Positions 38,085 through 50,312 of a stretch of DNA of 64,000 nt are shown in pieces; positions within the stretch are counted from its first letter, which is position 1; each line of letters opens with the position of its first letter. The notes under the pieces were generated by a model. The model made no database searches, had not been told where the DNA came from, and was given only the letters and a program-made list of their open reading frames with translations. The stretch is from Thalia democratica. Lineage: Eukaryota. The DNA lies in NCBI GenBank assembly GCA_965202585.1, contig OZ241830.1, positions 26,288,001 to 26,352,000 of the forward strand, in the 5' to 3' direction. The translations under genes and the position numbers were made by a program.

Positions 38085-41000
38085 GGATATACCTATTCAT
38101 TTCTATCATTTGATTTTCGTTCATTTTGATAAATCAAAAACCTTTATTCATATGCATAAATACAGCTTCATTTTTATCTAATAAAGGTAGTCTACCGATC
38201 GATCCATTTTATACATTTGTTTTCTTTGCTTAAAAAGTGCATCGTATTAAGATCTTCATAAACTAAAAAAATTATTAGCAAGCGTATTTTTGTACACAAC
38301 TATCTATTTAAGAACTTGAAAAAGTTTTATACTCAAACTAGGTTTTATAACTATATGGAATCAAAACTTATTCAGTATACCTAGTTTAAGTAGTAAATTA
38401 TAAAATATTTCTTTTATAGATACTTAATTTTCAGTTGTTAATGTAACAGTTTTAATTAATTTAAGTTAAGAAATTTTATTTATAAAAAAACCTATTTATA
38501 CAAACACAATTTATTTATTCTAAGTTTAAAAGTTAAGACTTATTAAAATGTAAAATAAGCATGACTCACAAAAGATGTTTAATCAAGGTTTCTTAAACGT
38601 TGTTTAATAATTTATTTCAGCGCTTAGAGTTTTACTCACCATATAAAACTTACAGCCAATTTTGCCGAGCCAAAAGTAATTGCCATATTTTTTATCATTA
38701 TTCATATCATAATAGGCCTACTTCAACCCGAACTAGTCGTTTGTTTATTGTATAATGTTTGGTAATATAACAAAGTATCTAGTTTATTCAAAAGTTAGTT
38801 GCAACAGTATGTATATTAATAGATTTCCATACTATTTTGACTTTAAATTCATTGTTAACAGTTAATTTACAATTTTGAATATTAAATTGGGAAACTATAG
38901 AAATTCGATATCAAAATATCTCAGATAAACCTGCCAAAGATACTTAGGGCGAAGTTTAATTTAACGAATTAATATAAAATTTAAAAAGTTATTATAGTTT
39001 TTTTTATTTTTCAATTTTCAATATTTCACCCACGAAAAGTTTATGATTATTAAGTTTAAGTGCTCATAAGCTCGGTGCTAAAATAAAGTTTGTAAAATAA
39101 AAAAAAAAAGTTAAGCTAATTTGAACTAGTTCTGTAAAACTTGTAAACGTTTTAGAAACAATAAAAACTACTTGAGAGTTATATAATTAAGAACTACTAC
39201 TAACAAAAATAATTGAAAAGTTAACACTAAACAATTTATAAAAAAAGCTTATATGTTTTATAGTTTTTGCTAACATCAAATATTATCAAGTAAGTAATTT
39301 GAAGTCTAATTTTTTTTATCGTAGTTACTACACGTCAAAGTATTAAAATTCAACTTGAAACAACAATTTAAAAATTAAAGATTATTTTCAATAAAAATAT
39401 TTATTTTTTAATTAAGTTATAGTTCAACTGTATTTAGTTAAAGTTGAACTTCAACGATGAAAACTCAAAAATAGCATAACATACAGAATATTATTGAAAA
39501 AACTGACACACTTTATATTTTTGTTTTATTTTAAACATATAAGCTTGTGGTTTTAATAGTTAGAACGTTTTAAAACATTTACAGAAATATCTTAGATAAT
39601 TTTTGGTAATTAAGAACTCCATATAGATACTGATTAAAACTTATATAGCAAATTACTTTTAGTTTGAAGTTATTTTGGATTGATAATAATTTGTGTTAGT
39701 TAATTTCGAAATTGGAACATTAATTATTACTTGTTTATATCATTAGCTATAACCAAAATGTAGTCTTTAAGAAAAGAAACACATGCTAACAAAGTTATGG
39801 TGCAAATATTACTTGTTGTATTTATAGCAATGTTAGTTCAGTTATACTTTAATATTAAATTATAAATTAATATAAATTAACTTTCTTTATAGCTTCTGAA
39901 TAATTAAACTGGCTGAAAAAGTTGTTTTACTAGATCAAAACTATATATTATTTCATTGGAAAAAAAGTATTTCAGAGTTATTTATTAAAGTATGTGTTCA
40001 CTTAGTTTTTGAGCTGAAAAATAGAAGTAGTTTTTATGAAACAAAGGTCTACATACAAGTTTACTTACGTTTTTTTTCTGTTTGTTTTATATTATGTTAA
40101 TTATTTTAGTCAGTTAAGAAATAGTATAACTAATTCTAATAAATTACGTAAAAAAAAGTTAAACAATTTAATTAATTAAAAAAAAAAAGGAATTTGATTT
40201 GTAAAATATTTTTTTTAATTTTAAACAGTTTCAACAATAGCAAAAACGTTTATATCACTAATTTTAAATATTTTAAGTTCGTGCATATGATAAAAATCGC
40301 TATAAAAGTAATTTAGACAGATAAATTAACAGTTTTATAAACGTAGGTCGAACAAATCTTAGTCCAGTGAATTTTCTATACATACTGATAAGAGTGTTTT
40401 TAGTTCATAGTCAAATAAGAATTGACTTGTCTAAAAAAATTATTTCATTAAACTTCGTTTGAGTAGAATTAATAACAAATTTAAATTTTATTTAAAATCA
40501 AAATCTTTTTCGATTTTTTTAACCGGAAAAGTTTAACTGTAACATAATAAGGAAATATCTAACTAGTTTCAATTTAATTACATAAATTATGATCTAATTA
40601 CAAACATATTTATGCGAAATTCAACTTCTGGTTAATGTTAATTTTTGTAAATACTTAAAACCACGTTAAACATAGTACTAAAGCGTTTTAAAAATAAATA
40701 TTAAACAAACTGTTTTATTGAAAAGAAATAAGCGTTTAAAAAAGTAGTTTTCACTGTTAAGTAATAGTGCTTGAATAATTTTGTGATAACTATCACGTGT
40801 CCAGCAGTGAAATTATTGAAATGGTGTAAACTAAAATGGCAACAAGTTTATATATTTAAACTTATTAAACTACTGTTTTTAATGCGGAAGTAATATGTTG
40901 CTTACGGATGTACAGTTGTTTAAAAAATTAGACAATATAATGTAGTTAGTATAAAACACTGCATTTCTGTTACTAACAAAAACACTTACAATTGTTTGAA

Positions 41001-41245
41001 GTTTTTTTTTGCTTAACTTTTTTACTTTTTTCTCTATTGTTATTTAGTAAGGTAAGAGAATGCTAGAATACTATTAATCATGCTAAGGTTTTTGCTTTAG
41101 TTCAATATATCTTCATTTTTATTAATTTAAATTATAAAAAGAAGTTTTTCAGTATAACTTTATATTTTGATTATTGTTTACAGAACTTTATAAAAAGTAT
41201 TTAGTTTAATACTTGTCAGGAAAATAACACTGAGTGAAAATTGTA

Positions 41246-44200
41246 ATGTTTGGTTCAAAAGAACGAATCTCACAATTGAAATTTATCAATGAAAAAGGTT
41301 ATAATATGCAGCGAATCAACAAAATTCGAAACAAAAATCCTCATAAGAAAGTTATGAAGAAAAAAGCTACGAATGAATCTACTTGTAAATTTAAACCAGT
41401 GGATCAGTTAAACGAAGGAAAGGAAAATAATAATAAAAATACAGGTTTTTTGTGTTGTTCTACTTACTACAGAGTAAATATAAAACTAAATATGCAGGTA
41501 AAAGACTTAAGCGCTTTACATTTTATTGTTTTTGATTTAAAAAAAGTTAGACAAATTAATTTAGATGTCATATCATTATTTTATTTTATTAGTATATGTG
41601 AGAATCTTTTATTAAAACTAAAGTGATTTTAGAGAATTTTTTAAAATCTTAAATTATTAATTTTAATTGTAAAAACCATAAAGTTTTTTTACAAGTTACG
41701 AATTAAACTAATCAAAACGGATTAAACATTCTATAATTAACTTTAAAAAAACATTTTTCTTTTAAAGAGTTATATGTTAACGTATGCTGCAATATTTTTA
41801 TATAGTTCTAAATTTTTCAAACAGACAGCAATTTTGACTCAAAAGAGGTGCAAAATTTAGTTCAACTTTTGATGAAACGAAAATGCGAACTACAAGCGTT
41901 GACGTTTTGGAACGATAAACTTCTGAACCAACTTAAGCATATGAGTAAGTTTTTAAAAGAAAAAAATCTTAGCAGCATTATATGTTTAAAAGTTTGAAAA
42001 AAGTATAAGAGAATTAAAATTTAAGATCTTTGGTAACAACGATTTAAAACTAAACTTGTAAAATTAAGCTTTTTTTTTCATATATAAATATGCATTATAT
42101 ATTTAAAAAAAATATATATTAAAAAAACTTAAAAATAAGTTTTAAATTTTATATAAGTAAATTCTTAGTATTAAATGTTTCAAGTAATAAAAAAAATGAA
42201 TTATAACAGCACAATCTGGAATTCCTGTTCTCGACCCAACCAAGCTAATAAAATATAATCAAATTAACTCAAATAAACACGACAAATTGCCACAAGAAAC
42301 AGTTGACTTGCAACAAAAAGTGAACGAGTTGCAAAAAGCACCAGTAAGTTCTACAACTTACTCAATATTTGTATCAAAGTTTGAACCCACAATTAAACAA
42401 ACCAATAGCGCATTCTAGCGGTTATTTTCATAAACAAAACGCAAATAACCAACAAGCTCTTGTGAAGCAGGCTGGTGCATCAGCACTGAAAAGTAGCCAG
42501 TATCCCACACAACAAGCTGCTCATGCTCAAAAATCATTTGAGTCAAGTCAAGTTCCACGTAAGTTGAATAAAGTGTTTTATATATTTATGCGTATTTTGA
42601 AAGTTTTCGAAGTAAAATTTTGTACTGTATTCTTACTATAATCAGTTTCATATTAAAAAGATAAAGCTACGATATACTTACTTAATAATGTGTGATGTTG
42701 TACTTTCTTTTACTATAAACTCTCAGAAGGTAATCAAATTACAGTTTTAATTAACAATGAAAGACTCAAAACAGCATTAATTAGAATATTTTTTTTTATT
42801 ATCTTAAATATGTTATTTAAAACCTATGGTGTAATTTCCAATGATTGGTGTTAGTGGTTTTGTGAAATTCCATGAAACTTAAAATGTTTGCTAACGTTGT
42901 TATAATTTGTTGTAAGCTTTGCTATTATTTCATATGTAGGTAGAAGTAATTATGTTGCTGAAAGTCCAACTTCAGCTGACAAAACAATTCCTGCTCAACT
43001 TTTTGTCAACTCAAAAGTTCACAAACATCAACAACCATTGAATCAGACTTTACAGCAGAATGCGGGAAAGTTGTTTCCGTTGCTACAGAAACAAATTGCT
43101 GAAAAAAGCGGATTGTACAAACTACATAACTTTTGTTAGTTTCCTCAAGTAAGCATTATCGCCCATCAAGGCTCGTTTTCGTCTGTCAGGAAGTACTAAT
43201 TAGTAAGGCGGTGAAAAAGTTAATAAGTAGATTAGTATTAAAAAGGCCATATTGAAAAAACGTTTCGTTTTTTTTAATTTCTGCCAAAGTAGCGTTTATT
43301 AAAAAAAGTTTGGGGCACCCTGAACTAGATGGGGACTTGTCAAATACGCACGGAGACGCTTTTGCTCGAAAGATCCTTTTGCTAGGGAGTGAAAATAATT
43401 ACAATTATAATTAGAAAGTTATATAAAAGACAAATTACCGACTAAGAGTAAGGGTTAGGTGAAACAGTTATAGTAAAAAAGTAAAATTAAATTAAAAAAA
43501 CAAAATTTTGACCTGTGCGAGGTGTCTTCGCGCAAAAGTGCTCATTTAAAAGTGACCCTTCGTGCGAAATTAACGCCGTTTTAAAATTGTCTTTGAACAA
43601 AAATTACCCTTCGTGTAAAAGTGACTTTTGTGCGAAAGTGTCTATGTGCAAAAAAGTGTTAGTGCACAAGTGACCTAACACTTGTATGCATACTTGACTT
43701 ATACCCGTAGTAAATAGACAAATGGTTGTAAACTTATTTAAGCATGTTAATAATAAAGTTTACTGCGTTGTTATTACATATTGTTCGTTTTATAACGCTG
43801 TTAAAAAGTGTTTGTTAATTTAAATACGATTAATTATTGATAACTGAAGTCTTTTGAAGTGTTAGTTTAGCTATTTTGTACAATAAGATTTTAAGTGTGC
43901 TGTAAAAAAAAAACTTTCTAAAATATTTATTTAAACTTGTGTATTTTGTTTTGTTTGAACACTGATTTAATAGATGATATATTGTTTATTTATGTTTTTT
44001 TTTGTTTTGCAAACAGTTCACCAATACAACGTTAACAACAGTTTGATAAACTTAACGAAAAACAAGCTTAAATATCTGGAAAAGAAGTTCATTGATTTCA
44101 GTTTTTACTTGACTGAACAAGAACGTAATTGTCTGGCTAATAATATCAATGTTGATGAAAAAATTGTAAGTTGATGTTAAATATTTTAATATACTGTGCG

Positions 44201-44675
44201 GTTAAACAAATACTTAAAACTATTTGTTTTAAATTAATTCTTACTAGAACTGGTTTTAGTTGTTTATATCTTTAGTAAACATAAAATACTGACTTTTAAA
44301 TGATCTTTGTTCAAAGTTTTTAGTGTTTATAACTTCTATTACTTTTTAATAAATGAAATCGAATGCTCGGAAACAATGGCCTTATAAACAAACCAAATAT
44401 TACAAGCAGTGTTTTGCAATGTAAAATAAATAAAAAGTTAATCTACAGCACTTAGTAAACTACAACTTTTAATGTTCATCCTATTTAACTTTAATGTTTT
44501 ATATTTCATTTTCATTTTGTAAATAAAACTTAAAATTTAGGTAGAGTTGTGGTTTGAACTGAGAAGAAATAATCTACCGAAAAATCCTGAGTTTAACATC
44601 AATGGATTTTTAGCTGAAAAACAAAAAGAATGCCAAGCAAGACAGAAAATACAGAACAAAATAGCTTTAAATTAA
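41246..44675 (+). CDS. Q/N-rich protein with a C-terminal highly divergent homeodomain
   Basis: Exons 41246-41444, 41825-41944, 42210-about 42343/42347, about 42409-42559, 42940-43134, 44017-44165, 44541-44675. The last two encode LTKNKLKYLEKKFIDFSFYLTEQERNCLANNINVDEKI|VELWFELRR, matching homeodomain L/F8, L13, L16, F20, Y25, L26, R31, L34, A35, E42, V45, W48, F49, R52, R53. The exon 3/4 junction has a phase problem. Confidence 0.8.
43200..43322. mobile_element. Truncated hAT element end in a homeobox-gene intron
   Basis: Ends in AAAAGTTTGGGGCACCCTG (hAT-type TIR, related to the 3792 terminus), followed by AACTAGAT; no left TIR found. Confidence 0.5.
43331..43681. mobile_element. Degenerate foldback MITE of the TGCACG/CGTGCA-array family
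   Basis: Starts GGGGAC; left GCACGG/GCTCGA units; central CCGACTAAGAGTAAGGGTTAGG core; right arm of about 17-bp (T)CGTGCAAAA-like units. Same family as 60525-61226, in the opposite orientation. Confidence 0.65.
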
Positions 44676-45049
44676 TACTAAACATAGTGTTGTGATCGTA
44701 TTAAAATAATACTAATATCTTTGATAAAGTTGTAGTTTTCTAGTGTTTATAATTCAAATATATTTTAAAAACTAATAAAACTATGATTTGTACAATTCCT
44801 CTCTCTTTAAAACTTTGGTTTCTTATTCAAACTTGGAAAAAAAGTATGATTAATTAATAGTAGTTTTAAGTGAAGTTTGTTTAATAGTGTTTATTATGAA
44901 TTTGTGCAATTGTTATAGTCTACATACTAGATATAATTATACTTAAGTCTCATTTAATTTATTAACTAGTATATTTCTATAACACTTACTTTACCACTAA
45001 CTTTTTCTAAGAGATATGTATATGGTGCTAACAATAACTTGATCTATTA

Positions 45050-47394
45050 TTAATGAAGAAGTGAAACGTTTCGTCTATTAAAACAAGTTTTTACTTTGTA
45101 TTATAATAACAAGGTTTTTGCTTTGTAGTTTTTGTCGACAATTGTTGGTTTTGTTAAAAATTATAGTTTGTTAAAAGTTATGATATTTTCAAGGTATAAA
45201 ATGTTTTTGAAATATGATAAATTACAAATAAATTAATTTACGTGTTAAACACGAATAGAAATTGTTGTAATATATAAGTGAAAAGAGAACGAAAAAACAA
45301 TTTTTGTATTTAATTAAGTAAAGTATATACAATAAGGTTAATCACAAAATACCAATATTTACTATCAATTGCAGGGTTTTCTAAACTTTTTCCCCCTTTA
45401 AAGAAACAAAAAATGACACCCTGACTCCCTCATCAAGATTAAAAACTACCAAAAAAATAGTTAAGACTTTTTTGTTCTTAATCAACAACTTCAAAATATC
45501 TAGTGTAAGTTTCAAATTAAGATATCATGGTCCCCTTGTTGCTACTTTACTGCTCATCCCCCTTTAGTGCTCATTGCCACATGAGTATCTATCCTTGTCC
45601 ACTTTAGGAAACATCAATCTATTTTTATGTTTTAAAAACATTTTAAATACTAATATTATATCTAAAACCATTAAACTTAAAATAGTTTCCTATAGAAAAC
45701 TTATTGGAATTTTTTTTCACATTATATAATAAAACACAGTTTTACAAGCTTGATGTATAAAAATTTAGACAAAAGTTAATTTTTTATTCTTCACAAAAAA
45801 TTAAAAAAAAAATCTATTCAATATATTTTAAGATAATATCAATATCTAAAACAACTTCATTTTGTAGCAAGTTTATCATAATGAACATGTTTCATACACA
45901 TTTAGGTTTTTTACTACTAATAGTTATAGACTAACTTGTATGAAATTAGTTGGTGACAATTTTCATAAATTTCTTCCAACTTTTTAACTACTAAATATAT
46001 GCGGTAGAAATAAATATAATCTTTATTTATAACATTTGATTATAGAGCTTAATTCACTTTTTTTGTGTTAAGTTTTTTCAAAAAGCGAGAAAGTAGTAGA
46101 AGAAAAAGTTTAGTTTAGATGTAATTTAAATAATATGATCCAGACTTAAACGTATCGTATAGTTGTGAAAACTATTCTCAAATGTCTCATTATGGTGACT
46201 ATTAAGTAAATTATTTCTAATAACAATTAAATATAGCATTTAATAAAAATTACAGAAATAAAAGCTTATTTTTAGTGACTTAAAGATAAGCAAATAATGC
46301 AAGCATGTAAAATAAGTTACTTTTTTCAGCTTAACAAAAATATTGATTTAAAAGTATAAGTAAGAGTTATTTACAATTAATAAACTTTTTCGATTGAAAT
46401 TAAAAACGAAATTACAAACAAAAATTTAAGTGATAGATTACAAGCTATTATATTATTAGTTTAATAAAAAGGTTTAACCATTAACATTAAAACAAGTTAG
46501 AAAAGGTGGGTTTATTTTTTATTATTTATTAAAAGTTGTCATTAACTAAGCATAAAAATTCAAAAAATAGTTTTTTATCACTAAAGCTATATTGCAATAC
46601 TTAAAATAGTTTCATCTGTTTAGATAAAGGGCATAGACACTTACCCAAAGCAGTACGTGCAGTACTATATGCTAAAAAAGTAAAACCAATATTGCTAAGT
46701 GATGTCTATAAAAGAAACAATTTTTTTTTCATTCTAATATTATTTAGTAACTAATTATTTTAATTCTTTAAATATTTTAAATGAATTGTCTGTTTTGTTA
46801 AGGTTTAATAAAAATAAAATTATTCAGGAAACGGTATATGTATTTAACTTATATTTTGTAAAAGCTGTTAGTGTTTTAGTTTAGAAAATATAAGTTAAAC
46901 CTTAAAGTTTATTTCTGTAGGAAAAACTTCAGCTTAAGCTTAATCGATAGAAAAAAATGTTTCACTTTAGTTTAAACAGATTTTGTCCCAATCTATATAA
47001 AAAGTTGATTACTTAATGTTTTAAAATGAAATGACTACAATCTTAATATTTTGCTACGTATTCCAAATAAAACATAATTTACAAAATATCAAATAAATTT
47101 TTGATCAGTTTATAAACACCACACTTTTAAATTAAAGGTACTATTTAATTTTAAGGTAAGTTAAAATACTAATTTCATATGATAGAAATGTAGCAGCATC
47201 ATCAACACTTTTGCTAGCTTTTAACTGGATGTCAAAATAACATACTAAACCAAAAAAGTATACTTTAACTTTTTCATAAACTAATAGAAATATAAAGTTT
47301 TGTAATGTATAAAAATATTTTAATTAATTTAGATATGTAGAGTACACACAAACCAGCCCTTTGCATTTCTAGTCGACATATGTCAACTTGACGA
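45050..47394 (-). CDS. Candidate small-exon gene of unknown function (3' part only), convergent with the homeobox gene
   Basis: Chain of short exons with matching phases: 47394-47355 (RQVDICRLEMQRA), 47280 or 47224-47170 (...LKASKSVDDAATFLSYEI), 46671-46645 (TYSTARTAL), 45987-45936 (VKKLEEIYENCHQLISY), 45074-45050 (KRNVSLLH stop). 5' exons not found; no homology recognised. Confidence 0.4.
45372..45615. mobile_element. Old degenerate copy of the 3419-3792 hAT MITE family, reverse orientation
   Basis: Begins CAGGGTTTTCTAAACTTT and ends CCACTTTAGGAAACATC; internal CCCCTTTAGTGCTCATTGCCACATGAGTATCT matches the reverse complement of about 3460-3495. Confidence 0.7.
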
Positions 47395-50312
47395 CTAAAA
47401 TATTAATTAAGTTAATATTTAAAATAAAGAGAATTTAAATTAACTGCAGTTAATAGAGTATCAAATCTTAAAAGTTTTTTTTAGCACTCTTTAATTTGAA
47501 TGTTTTCAAATTTTTTGCACTGCCCGCTCTAATTAATTTGCCTTAACAAGACACTATGGTCTCGAGTTACAATCATTAAACTAAGTAAGAAAAAAATAAA
47601 AACGAACAAAACGAATTATAGACTGCAAAAATTTATTTAAACATCAGTTTATGTTTTTATGTATAAATTTGTAAATGCCTTTTACCATTTAACTTCAAAT
47701 GTTAATTAAAATAAATAGATAAAGTTCATAACCATTCGACCAGATTTTTACTAAAAGTCTCTTTTCAAACATTAATATACATGGGAAAAAATAATATTTC
47801 TTTTATAAGTAGGTTTATTTACAAAGTCTTTAGTATGATAGCTTTTAACTTTTTTAATAGTTAAAACATTTAACAAATTACTGTAAAAAGAAATAACATG
47901 ATAGCTAATTGTGTATTTATTTTTTCTCATAAGTTTTTATTGAAATAAACAAATTTAGTCAATTAGTTTGCTGTTTAATTACGTAGTTTATCCTGTTACA
48001 ATTTATATAATCTAATTTATAGTTAAATAACTACATTTATACGCAATTTAGAATAAGTCAATAAGCCTTACTTATTGTTCCAAGAAAACTATTATTTTAC
48101 TACTAAAATACCATTACAGGTTTCAATTTTTCATTATAAGATATGGGTAAAATTTTAAATTTCAATAAGTTTGAACTACTTTTATTTTGTAAACTCGCAA
48201 TGTTACTTTTTGTTTGTTTTATAACACACGAAAAACGGTCTTGTCTTGGACAAAATGTTAAAAGGTACCAGAGAGGTTTGTGACACGAAAACCGAAGTGT
48301 TTTTAGTTCAATGCGTCCTAAGACCAAAAATTTGGAACGTATTTTTTTCGTTTAACAGCTTTAACAATACACACATAACAAACAGAATTGTTTTATATTG
48401 TTTTCATTAGTAAGTTGACTTTTTGTACAATTAAACTTATTTTACATTTTTGTATAATATTTTTGGATATTTTGATATACAACTTGTGTTATTAGCTGTG
48501 TATATCTTGTATGTATTTTATGCTAAAACTTATAATATTAAATTTACTTAACTATCATATTTTTGCAAAAGTAAACTAAACTATTAAGCATTAGATACAA
48601 TAAGTAAACTATATAAAGTTAAGACCAAATATATCAGTTAAAATATGTTAAAGTATTACACATACTTATTTATTGATGTGTAAAGCCGTACATTATAAGT
48701 ATTCTTAGATAAATTTATAAAAACTGGATTTTTCTCGAAATTTGTTATTCTCCATAATCAAGTTCAAAGTTTCTGTTTTAATTTTATTTTGATATAATAA
48801 GTTGACAATTAAGTTACCAGATTTGCCACACATTTACTCAAACATTTACGTTTTGAAATATATTTTACCTTTTAAAATAAAAACAAATTAACTTTCATTC
48901 AGCACTTAATACTCTCTTTTTAGTTTTATTTTACAAATGTTTCGTATTTTTTTTAAAATAAACAAATATAACATGCGGAAACTGATTAAACACTGCAACA
49001 CTTTATTTATTTCTTAACTTCCTCTTCTGTTAATAAAATTGTTGCTTATGTAACAACAATCACACTTTTTAAAAGGTAACTAATTTTGCAACTGTTTTTA
49101 AAAGCCTCCGATATTATATATTTATAATTCATATGAAGTGAATTTTCTCTTAAATATGTTCTAACTTAGTTATGGTAATCTAAAAAATCCTACTTGCCTG
49201 TTTACTCATCTTGTTAAACTTTTATGTGTTTTAATTAAAAATTAATTTACACAAGACTATCTATAAGTTTAAAAATCAAAAAAGGTTTGTAAAAAATATT
49301 TTTATTTATTGTTTAAATTATGTTTTATTTAGGGTATTTAAATTTAACTTAAAACATAATCGTTGTTTATATGAACATTTTAAAATTTTATAGTTCTAAA
49401 ACATGTTGAAAGCTTTTTGTAAATAATAGTGAACGTATATAATTATAAAATTAAAATTTAGCTGTATTAATATATGACTAAAAAGAACAGTTAAAATTGT
49501 AGATCTTTTTAAAATATTAAGGCTAAAATGTAAAACATTTAAAATGGTGTTACTATAGATCAGTAATTGTCAGGCTTTTAAAATTAGCGGGAAAATTTTC
49601 TAGAAAAAATATTTAGACCGCATTTACTTAAACTTATATATAACTTATCAAAAACAAAAACACTATTTAAAACCAAAAGTTAGATATAAATAGAAAATGA
49701 CTTGTAATTAGTATTAGTTAAATACATCGCCTAATTGTAAGTTTCTACGACAAAAACTGTTGTTTTATTCTTTGAAAACATATTTTTTTTGCTGAAAAGT
49801 GTCTAAGGACTGCATATTTTTCTTTTGCAACTGCATTTAGCCTACGAGCCACAGTTTTTCTGTTCTAAAGAAAATCGCGATTTTCATTGTTGTAACTTTC
49901 AATGTTCTACAAAGTTCTGAAAGCTTAGGTTTTGTACGTATAATAATTTTATTTAAAGTCTTTAAGTCAATGCCTAAACAAAGTCCTTCTTTTATAAATA
50001 AAACCTATCTATTCATTTATGGCTTCAAATCTCAAAGGTAGTTGAGTAACAAGAATTTTTTCAAATTTTTCAGTTAAAAATAGATAAAAATTAAGTGCAC
50101 AATAAGAAAATGCTTTGAAATGGTTTTTGAAAATTTTAATAATTGTTAAATGATTATCACAAAATTAAATTTATTAAAATAAGTATGCTGGTCTTATAAC
50201 ATATAAGGAAGTGAAGTATTTAATTAACTTCCGCAAAAAAATATTTTCCCCTTTAAATATGAAACTTGCAAATTATTTTCAGTATGTTGAAAAAGCAAAT
50301 TTATTTTACACA

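Noticed and set aside
38654-38717. Possible minus-strand exon (AYYDMNNDKKYGNYFWLGKIG, GTAAGT donor)
   Set aside because: No partner exons found; an orphan splice-site pair is not enough.
48200-48350. GC-elevated stretch with open frames on both strands
   Set aside because: No splice context or recognisable motif; probably a repeat fragment.
49700-49900. Possible Tc1/mariner transposase remnant (RKTVARRLNAV, minus strand)
   Set aside because: Only a short HTH-like motif; no DDE motifs or TIRs recognisable.
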